A stretch of 64,000 nt of DNA, taken from positions 1,024,001-1,088,000 of the forward strand of contig CAVXVB010000009.1 of assembly GCA_963765205.1 (NCBI GenBank), in the 5' to 3' direction. Both the position numbers and the translations under genes were made by a program. Source of the stretch: an uncultured Verrucomicrobiae bacterium. GTDB lineage: Bacteria > Verrucomicrobiota > Verrucomicrobiia > Opitutales > JABDGR01. Below are positions 56,597-64,000 of the stretch, piece by piece (positions within the stretch are counted from its first letter, which is position 1; the number at the start of each line of letters is the position of its first letter). A model generated the notes under the pieces. That model saw nothing but the letters and a program-made list of their open reading frames with translations. It had not been told where the DNA came from and searched no databases.

Positions 56597-59419
56597 ATGT
56601 CCGACGCGGCCACCACATCTCCAGTGCTGCCTCGCTTGCGCGAGCATGCGGAAGCCATCCTGCGCCCGGCGCAAAAGCTGACCAAGGCCGAGCGGCTGCC
56701 GCTCTTCAAGCTGTTCCTCCACCAGGAGCACGAACGGCTGTTTCAAGCCCACCGGGCAGGCGCGTCGGGCCTGGCGGTCACGCATGAACGCTCGGCGGTC
56801 ATGGACGTGGTGGTGGAGCTGCTGGGCCGGTTTGCCAACCAGGCCTACGAAGCGGCGCATGGCCCGCTGCCGGTGCAGACTTCCATCGTGGCGCTGGGTG
56901 GTTACGGGCGGGCGGAACTGTGCCCCCACAGCGACGTGGACTTGATGTTTCTCTTCCCACAGGGGGTGAAGGCCAAGGTGCTGGAGCCCGTCCAAAAAGC
57001 CTACACGGACGAAATTTTGTATCCGCTGTGGGATTTGGGCCTGAAAATCGGGCACTCGACGCGCACGATCAAGGAAGCGATGGAGGAGGCGAAGGCCGAC
57101 ATCTCGACGAAGAACGCCCTGCTGGAGACGCGGCTGGTAACCGGGTCAACCAGTCTCTACCAGATTTTCGAGCAGGCATATGGAAATTTTTGCCGCGGGG
57201 AATCGCCGCACGAATACATCAAGGCCCGCCTGCTGGATCAGGCGGCGCGGCGGGCGAAATACGGCAACACAGTCTTCCTGCAGGAGCCGGAAATCAAGAA
57301 CGGGGTCGGGGGCCTGCGCGATTATCACAACATCCTGTGGATGGCGCGCATCCGGCTGAATGCCGCCACGCTGGACGAGCTGGTCGAACGCCAGTTCCTG
57401 CAGCCGGGGGAGCGCGACGCGCTGCACGCCGCCTATGATTTTCTGCTGCGCACGCGCAATGAGCTGCATTTTCTCAGTTCCCATGCCACGGACCTGCTGG
57501 ACTTGGAGCGACAGCCGCAGACGGCGTTCAACCTCGGCTACCGGCAGGAAAACGTGTTTCGCCGGGTCGAAGTGTTCATGCGCGACTATTACCAGCACGC
57601 GCAGACGATTTACCAGTTGTCGGCGATTCTCGAACGGCGGCTGGCGATTGTCGGCGAGGAGCAATCGTCCTGGAAGCTTTCGATCAAGAACTTCCTCATG
57701 GCGCGGCGCCAAACCCGCCAGAAGCGCGTGGACGGCTTTGTAGTGACGGGCAACACCCTCGCGTGCGAAAACCCGCAGGTGTTCAAGGAGGACCCGACGC
57801 GCCTCATCCGTGTGTTCCGCATCGCGCAGCAAATGAACGCGACGCTTGATTTTGAGCTTATGTTGCTCATTCGCAGCCACCTGGCGCTGATCACGCCCGC
57901 AATCCAGGCCGACCCCCATGCGGCGCGCAGCTTTCTGGCCATCCTGCAGGAACTCGGGCAGGTCTACCCCACCCTGGCCTTGATGCACGAACTGGGCGTG
58001 CTGGGGAGGTTCCTGCCCGAGTTTAATGGGCTGACCTGCCTGGTGCAGCATGAGTATTACCACCGCTACACGGCGGACATTCATACCCTTAACACCATCA
58101 AGGAGTTAGATGGCGTCTTTGCGGCGTATGACGACATCACCCGAACGTTTGACCATGAGATCCGCAAGACGACCAAGCCATGGATCACCTACCTGATGAT
58201 GCTGCTCCACGACATTGGCAAGGGGGCAGGCATCGTGGACCACGCCGTGAGCGGCGTGCGCCTCGCCGAGCCGCTGCTGGTGCGCCTGGGGCTGGAGGCC
58301 AAGTCCATCGAGACAATTTTGTTCATAATCAAGCACCATTTGGAAATGGCACGATTCTGGCAGAGATACGACGTGGATGACCCAGGCACCGCGGTCACGT
58401 TTGCCGAAGTAGTGGGCGAGCCCGACGTGCTCCGCTACCTTTATGTGCTGACGTATTGCGACGCCCGGGGCACGGCGGTTTCGCTATGGAACGGCTACAA
58501 ACAGATTTTGCACCACCGGCTTTTTGCCGCGACCCTCGAGGTGCTCGAAGGTCGGGAGGTCGCGCATGCCCGGCATCAAGAAAGAAAGCAAACGATGCTT
58601 AAAGAAATCATGGCCCTCAACCAGGGAAGCATTGCGCCCGAGGAAATCGAGGCGCACTTCAACGTCCTCCCGGAGCGATATTTTGTCCACTCGACGCCGG
58701 CCGAAGTGTTTCTGCATCTCGGCATGGTGAACCGGCTGCTGCACAACATCGCCCAGGCGGAATCCATCGGCTCCCTCGTCCCGGTCATTGACTGGCAGGA
58801 CGACCGGGATCAGGCCCTCACGGTCGTGAATGTGGTGACGTGGGACCGGGCGGGTTTGTTTTTCCGCCTGTCCGGCGCCTTCACGGTGGCGGGGGTGAAC
58901 ATTCTCAGTGTCAAAGCCATCTCGCGCACCGATCACATCGCGATTGACACGTTTCTCGTGACCGACCCGGGCGGCGGCCCGGTGCAAAACCCGCGCGCGC
59001 GCGAAGTCTTCGAGCAGGCCGTCAAGGATTCGCTGCTCCACAACAAGGATCTGCTGCCGGAAATCCTCGCCCAGGCCCGGAAACACCGCGAGCTTTCCTA
59101 CCTGCGGACGCAGGACCGCCTGAGCGCGCCGCTGCCGCCGAGCATAGATATTTACCAGGAACTCTCGCAGAAGCGCACCATCATTGAAGTGCAGGCCAGC
59201 GACCAGATCGGCCTCCTCTACCTGATCACCAAAGCCATCTCCGACCACCATTTCGACATCACGTTTGCCCGCATCTCGACCGAGCGGGGCGTCGCCATTG
59301 ACACATTCCATGTCCAAAGCATCAACGCCGACGCGAACGACAACACCGCCCAACTTTTTTCCCTCCGGGAGGCGCTCAATAAAATCGTCGCGCCGGAAAG
59401 CTTGCAGGCGGCGGGGTGA
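56597..59419 (+). CDS. glnD: [Protein-PII] uridylyltransferase
   Basis: ALGGYGRAELCPHSDVDL, EPEIKNGVGGLRD, HRYTADIH, LLHDIGKG, two ACT domains. Confidence 0.96.
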   Translation: MSDAATTSPVLPRLREHAEAILRPAQKLTKAERLPLFKLFLHQEHERLFQAHRAGASGLAVTHERSAVMDVVVELLGRFANQAYEAAHGPLPVQTSIVALGGYGRAELCPHSDVDLMFLFPQGVKAKVLEPVQKAYTDEILYPLWDLGLKIGHSTRTIKEAMEEAKADISTKNALLETRLVTGSTSLYQIFEQAYGNFCRGESPHEYIKARLLDQAARRAKYGNTVFLQEPEIKNGVGGLRDYHNILWMARIRLNAATLDELVERQFLQPGERDALHAAYDFLLRTRNELHFLSSHATDLLDLERQPQTAFNLGYRQENVFRRVEVFMRDYYQHAQTIYQLSAILERRLAIVGEEQSSWKLSIKNFLMARRQTRQKRVDGFVVTGNTLACENPQVFKEDPTRLIRVFRIAQQMNATLDFELMLLIRSHLALITPAIQADPHAARSFLAILQELGQVYPTLALMHELGVLGRFLPEFNGLTCLVQHEYYHRYTADIHTLNTIKELDGVFAAYDDITRTFDHEIRKTTKPWITYLMMLLHDIGKGAGIVDHAVSGVRLAEPLLVRLGLEAKSIETILFIIKHHLEMARFWQRYDVDDPGTAVTFAEVVGEPDVLRYLYVLTYCDARGTAVSLWNGYKQILHHRLFAATLEVLEGREVAHARHQERKQTMLKEIMALNQGSIAPEEIEAHFNVLPERYFVHSTPAEVFLHLGMVNRLLHNIAQAESIGSLVPVIDWQDDRDQALTVVNVVTWDRAGLFFRLSGAFTVAGVNILSVKAISRTDHIAIDTFLVTDPGGGPVQNPRAREVFEQAVKDSLLHNKDLLPEILAQARKHRELSYLRTQDRLSAPLPPSIDIYQELSQKRTIIEVQASDQIGLLYLITKAISDHHFDITFARISTERGVAIDTFHVQSINADANDNTAQLFSLREALNKIVAPESLQAAG

Positions 59420-59422
59420 ATT

Positions 59423-60013
59423 TCACCCCCGCCAGGTAAACGCGTGACACAAGGCGGTCGCGGCGGCGTCGGCTTCGTCGGCGGGGAGGGCGGTTTTTAA
59501 ATTCAGATGCTGCATGACGGTGCGGGCCACCTGTTCTTTGCTGGCGCGGCCGAAGCCCACCACGGCCTGCTTGATCCGGAGCGGGGCGTATTCGAAAACT
59601 TCCACGCCCGCCACTGCCGCCGCCGCGATGGCGGCCCCGCGCGCCGCGCCGAGGATGTGGACAGCCCGCCGGTTCTGCACGAAAATTGTTTCCTCAATGG
59701 CTGCGTGTTTGACGCAGGTGCGGCCCAGCGCCTCCGCGACCGCGTGGAAAATCTCGGCCAAACACGCCGGCAGCGGCAGTTTGGCCGGCACCCTCACCGT
59801 CTGGCTGTAGAGCATCCGCGTGCCCTCTGGTGCAAACTCAACCAGCGCCAGCCCCGTTCCGCGCAAGCTTGGGTCAATGCCCAGCACGACGCCTTGAAAG
59901 GCGCGGCGTTGATAGGACGCGGCGAGGGCCTCGTCGTCGTCGGACTCGCGGCGCGCGGGGAGCTGCCCCAGCACCTTGGCGGTCCACAGCGCGCGGCGTA
60001 AATTTCGGGGCAT
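59423..60013 (-). CDS. ruvC: Holliday junction resolvase
   Basis: LGIDPSLRGTG, AIEETIF, LGAARG, EYAPLRIKQAVVGFGRASKEQV, DEADA. Confidence 0.93.
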   Translation of the reverse strand: MPRNLRRALWTAKVLGQLPARRESDDDEALAASYQRRAFQGVVLGIDPSLRGTGLALVEFAPEGTRMLYSQTVRVPAKLPLPACLAEIFHAVAEALGRTCVKHAAIEETIFVQNRRAVHILGAARGAAIAAAAVAGVEVFEYAPLRIKQAVVGFGRASKEQVARTVMQHLNLKTALPADEADAAATALCHAFTWRG

Positions 60014-60023
60014 GGGAAAGTGC

Positions 60024-60080
60024 TTTGGTTCTTGGTTCTTGGTTGATGGTGAACCAAAAACTAGAAACTATAAACTAGAA
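60024..60080. repeat. Heptamer tandem repeats in inverted arrangement
   Basis: TTCTTGG-type units followed by A(A/G/T)AAACT units between ruvC and recF. Confidence 0.7.
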
Positions 60081-60081
60081 A

Positions 60082-61177
60082 TTATTCCGATACTCCGCGT
60101 TGGAAAAACTCACCCTTGGCTACCGTCCACACCTCCCACGCCACATCGTCCGTCGGCGGCGGGATCGTGCCCGTGGCGAGGACTTGGGCGGCCTCGCGCG
60201 CCGCACGCCAAAAACCCGCGCGCCGCGCTGGGTCCAGTTCGCCCAGCACGTCATCGGCCAGCACCAACGGCGCGATGCCCGTGCGCACATGTTGCCACGC
60301 CGCCTCCGCTAGTCGCCACGCGACCACCAACCCCCGCTGCTGACCTTCCGAGCCAAAGGACTTCGCGCCGAGGCTATTGAGCTGAAAGGCAAAATCGTCG
60401 CGGTGCGGCCCGCGCGTCGTAGTTTTCATTACCAAATCGCGTGCGCGAGACCCTTCCCACAATGCGCGCCACGCGGCCGGCGAGTCGGGCGTGGCGTCCG
60501 GCAAATAGACGAGGGCCGGTTTTTCCGGCGCGCCCCCCGTCAGCCGGTCGTAAGCCGTCGTCAAATGCGCGCCCAGTTCCGCGCCGGCCGCGGCCCGCGC
60601 GGCGACGAGCGTCGCTGCCTCCGGCGCCATCACCGCCTCGAACGCCGCCAAGGCCTCCGCGCCGGACGCGCGCGGCCCGCGCCACAACGCATTGCGCTGG
60701 TCCAAGGCGGCGTGGTAGCGCCGCAGGGCCGTGAAGTACTTTTTCATCCAACGATGATAGAGCCAAATCCAGCGCGCGGCGCCGGGTTTGCGGCCCGCCG
60801 CGCACCAATTGCAAATCATGTGACGACAGCGCCACTACGGGGAAGCGCCCCAGCAATTCCGCCAGCCGAGCGCACCGCGCCCCATTGATGGACACCTCGC
60901 GCATCCGCGGCCGGATCACGATTTCGATTTCCACGGCGCCGTCGCGCTCATGTTCCAGCGCACACCACACGCGCGCCTCCGCCGCGCCGTGCCGGATTAA
61001 ATCGCGCGGTTCCGCGCCGCGAAACGAGCGCAGCGCGCCCAGCAAGCCCGCCGCCTCAAGCGCATTGGTCTTTCCTTGTCCATTCGGCCCGGCAAAAAAT
61101 GTCCGGCTCCCGCCGAACGTCAGTTGCGCGAGCGAAATATTGCGAAAGTTTTGCAAATGTAACCTGCGGAGTATCAT
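60082..61177 (-). CDS. recF: DNA replication/repair protein RecF (frameshift ~60740)
   Basis: LQNFRN, GPNGQGKTNALEA, SFR, GGP..RRR.LD; after the shift QRNAL, GPHRDD, GSEGQQR, DDVLGELD. Confidence 0.93.
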
Positions 61178-61342
61178 CCACCTGCACAATGGCGGGTTTC
61201 CCGCGCGACGCAATCCTTCGCTGGACTGGCCATACGTGTTAAAAATATATTTAAAACGACCGTTTTAATTGTTTTTAGCGGTCTTTGCCATTGACGCGGG
61301 AACTTATTCAGCGCCAGACTTGTCCATAACCTCGAATCCTTC

Positions 61343-62170
61343 ATGTCTATGAATACACCATTCTCAACCACCCGCTTCGGACTTCTGTCAAAGCGTTTGT
61401 CTTCAACTCTCGCCACTGGCGTTCTCGCCGTGACGATGCTGGCCTCGCTGCTGCCCACCACCGCACACGCTCAACCACCCATGGATCGCGATCACGGCCC
61501 GGGACGCGACTTGCATGTGGACATTGATCCCCGGCTCGGCCCGCGCTTCTATGTCGGTCCTGATCGCCGCGCCTTTGTTTTTGTGAGTCCTTATGGCCCG
61601 GGAGCGCGGATCGTCAGCCGCGCTTCGTTGCTGGACTTGCTGTTGCATCCCGCAGTGGATGCCGTGGCCTGGGGCCTGGGTGAAATCACGACCATCGAGG
61701 TGGCCAACCTGCTCGGCCTGCCGGTGAACACCCCGGTCTATGGTTTGGAAGCAGGCGTGCCGGTCGTCTCGACGCTGCCGCCGGGGTATTTTGTCGCGGA
61801 GTCGCTGCCGCAAAACGTCGCACTGGTGAGTTCCGGCCCAGCCGGTCCGGTTGTGGTGGTGCCGCGTGTGCCCGCCGGCGCTTTCGTCGCCTATCAAACT
61901 TCGCCCACGGGCGTGGTGCTGAATGAGTGCGTTGTGGTGCCCCCGGTGCAGCAAATGGTGATGGTTCAGCCGGCCACCCCCGCTCCGACGGTCATGATGG
62001 CCGCGCCGGCCAACACCGTGGCGCCGGCGCCCGCGCCCGCGCCGACCGCTTCAAGTTCCACCCCCATGTCGTCCAAGACCGGCAAAATCATGTATGACTC
62101 GAACGGCAAGCCCGTCGGCGTCATGGTTACCGACCCGGATGGCAAGCAGGAATTCGTGCCGATCCAGTAG
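61343..62170 (+). CDS. Hypothetical exported Pro/Val-rich protein
   Basis: Signal peptide ending TAHA; low-complexity C-terminal linker. Confidence 0.7.
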   Translation: MSMNTPFSTTRFGLLSKRLSSTLATGVLAVTMLASLLPTTAHAQPPMDRDHGPGRDLHVDIDPRLGPRFYVGPDRRAFVFVSPYGPGARIVSRASLLDLLLHPAVDAVAWGLGEITTIEVANLLGLPVNTPVYGLEAGVPVVSTLPPGYFVAESLPQNVALVSSGPAGPVVVVPRVPAGAFVAYQTSPTGVVLNECVVVPPVQQMVMVQPATPAPTVMMAAPANTVAPAPAPAPTASSSTPMSSKTGKIMYDSNGKPVGVMVTDPDGKQEFVPIQ

Positions 62171-62201
62171 CGAATTCACCCGCGAAACTGTTTCCCTCTT
62201 G

Positions 62202-62236
62202 TCAGCCTGCGCCTCACCGCGCAGGCTGATTTTTTT
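62202..62236 (+). terminator. Intrinsic terminator
   Basis: TCAGCCTGCGC/GCGCAGGCTGA 11-bp stem followed by T7. Confidence 0.8.
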
Positions 62237-62331
62237 GGGGTGGAAAAAGACTCAAGAGGCCGCGCGGTTTTTGGATTGTCCCAAACGGGGCAAGAACTTA
62301 GTTTGCGGGATTGCTGCCATTTTCCCGACCC

Positions 62332-64000
62332 ATGAAAAACAACTGCGTCCGCTTCCTTACCCTCTTTGTGCTGGCCGGTTTGGCCGGCTGCGCTTCCATT
62401 CCGCCCGCGCCCGTCGCCCAGCCGCGGCCGGTCGTGGACACCTACTTCGGCACGCCGGTGACCGATCAGTTCCGTTATTTTGAAAATGTGAAAACCAACC
62501 CGGAGGTGCAGGCGTGGTTCAAGGCCCAGGCCAACCACACGCGGGCGGTGCTCGACAGCATTCCGGGCCGCGCGGCGCTGCTGGATGAAATGCGCCAGCT
62601 CTCCAACGCCGCGCCCTACCGCGTCAGCGATTTGAGCGAGGTGCCGGGACGGATTTTCTACGAAGAGCGCAGGGCCGGCGAAAACCAGTTCAAACTCTAC
62701 ACGCGCGCGAGCGAGGACGCGCCGGAAACCATGCTGCTCGACCCCGACACGCTCAAGGGTGCGGACGGCGCGCCGGTGGCAATCAATTTCTACGCGCCGT
62801 CGCCGAATGGCCGCTACGTGGCCGTCGGCGTTTCGCACGGTGGTTCGGAAGACGCGACAATCCGCGTCCTCGAAGTCGCGACGGGTAAGGACCTCGGCCT
62901 GGCGATTGAGCGCGCGCGGTTCGGCTACGTCGGGTGGCGTGACGACGAAAGCGGCTTTTATTACAACCAGCTCAAGAAGCGCCCGGCCAACGCCGACCCG
63001 ACCCTGCTCTATCAGGACAGCCAAATCCGCTACCACCAACTGGGCACCGACCTGGCCAAGGACCGTTCGTCTTCGGCTCGGACGCGCCGGGTTCGCCGAA
63101 AATCCCGTCCGAAAAAATTCCGATGCTGGGCCTCGAGTACTGGCGACTCGCACGTTTATGGCGTCGTGGTGGATGGGGTGGAGCAGGAAATCACGGTTTA
63201 TGTCACGACCTACGCCGCGCTCGACGCCGGCACGCCCGATTGGAAAAAATTATTCGATCTGGACGACGACATCACGCAGTTCGTTGCACACGGCGATGAA
63301 CTCTATGTCCTGACCCATAAGGATGCCCCGCGCTACAAATTATTGCACACGAAAGCGAGCGCGCCCGATTTCGCCCACGCCGACGTGGTCATCCCGCCCG
63401 GCGAAGCCGTGATTGAGGACCTTGCCGAGGCGCGCGACGGACTTTATGTCACGTTGCTGGACGGCGGCATCAATCGCCTGCAGCGGGTGGCCTACACACC
63501 TGAAGCGAAACCGCAGGAAATTGACCTGCCACTCAAGGGCGGGCTGGACGACTTAGCAACCAACAGCCGCCTGGACGGCGCGAAGATGCACCTGACTTCG
63601 TGGGTGGATGTCGGCGGCTATTACGCTTACGACTCGACCACGAACGCGATGAGCGACACGCATCTGCAGCCGCGCGGGCCATACGACCAGCCCGGCGACT
63701 TGGTGGCCGAGGAAGTGCGCGTGCCCGCCGCCGACGGCGTGATGATTCCGATGTCCATCGTGCATAGAAAAGACATGCCGCTCGACGGCACGAACCCCTG
63801 CTGGCTCGAAGCTTACGGCTCCTACGGCATCGTGGATGACGTGTATTACAGCCCGATTTTCAAGCCCTGGTATGATCGCGGCGGCATTTACGCCATCGCC
63901 CATGTGCGCGGCGGCGGCGCGTTTGGCGAGGAATGGCATATCGCCGGCCAGAAACTCAATAAACCCAACACCTGGAAGGACCTCATCGCCTGCGCGCAAT
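62332..64000 (+). CDS. Prolyl oligopeptidase (S9A) lipoprotein; 3' end beyond the window
   Basis: LAGC lipobox; DTYFGTPVTDQFRYFE, SPNGRYVA, DGVMIPMSIVH, AYGSYG, HVRGGGAFGEEWH; probable compensating indels at ~63067-63140. Confidence 0.93.
   Translation, partial: MKNNCVRFLTLFVLAGLAGCASIPPAPVAQPRPVVDTYFGTPVTDQFRYFENVKTNPEVQAWFKAQANHTRAVLDSIPGRAALLDEMRQLSNAAPYRVSDLSEVPGRIFYEERRAGENQFKLYTRASEDAPETMLLDPDTLKGADGAPVAINFYAPSPNGRYVAVGVSHGGSEDATIRVLEVATGKDLGLAIERARFGYVGWRDDESGFYYNQLKKRPANADPTLLYQDSQIRYHQLGTDLAKDRSSSARTRRVRRKSRPKKFRCWASSTGDSHVYGVVVDGVEQEITVYVTTYAALDAGTPDWKKLFDLDDDITQFVAHGDELYVLTHKDAPRYKLLHTKASAPDFAHADVVIPPGEAVIEDLAEARDGLYVTLLDGGINRLQRVAYTPEAKPQEIDLPLKGGLDDLATNSRLDGAKMHLTSWVDVGGYYAYDSTTNAMSDTHLQPRGPYDQPGDLVAEEVRVPAADGVMIPMSIVHRKDMPLDGTNPCWLEAYGSYGIVDDVYYSPIFKPWYDRGGIYAIAHVRGGGAFGEEWHIAGQKLNKPNTWKDLIACAQ

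Overview
GC-rich bacterial chromosomal window, probably Verrucomicrobiota (Opitutia-like). This is inferred from the lptB-hprK-dnaA order, a membrane-anchored ECF sigma factor, SHD1-like and 'STDL..W' secreted-protein motifs, and starts lacking Shine-Dalgarno sites. Core genes are serS, tRNA-Lys(CTT), menB/menD, rpmB, dnaA with adjacent DnaA boxes (candidate oriC), hprK, glnD, ruvC and recF. LPS/envelope genes include a GT9 heptosyltransferase, an LpxL-GT9 fusion, an MsbA-like exporter, lptB, an LptC+4xLptA-like protein, lptF/G, DUF374, bamE-like and degP. Accessory content includes a truncated RelE/YafQ-type TA pair, a type IIG restriction-modification gene with a coupled unknown ORF, an RND efflux operon, a ~1,380-aa repeat surface protein and a DUF2126 transglutaminase. 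Intergenic DNA holds many small repeats: a two-copy TG...CA MITE (one copy with a 9-bp target duplication), REP/REPIN-like hairpins, and heptamer and nonamer tandem families. Seven genes show single-base frameshifts, most likely long-read errors. The most unusual signals are in-frame AT-rich patches in GC-rich genes (especially the tRNA-binding arm of SerRS), an ABC exporter with an AcrB-PN1-like periplasmic domain, a one-piece LPS bridge protein and a catalytically degenerate NtrC-like regulator. All family calls come from motif recognition by eye; no searches were run.
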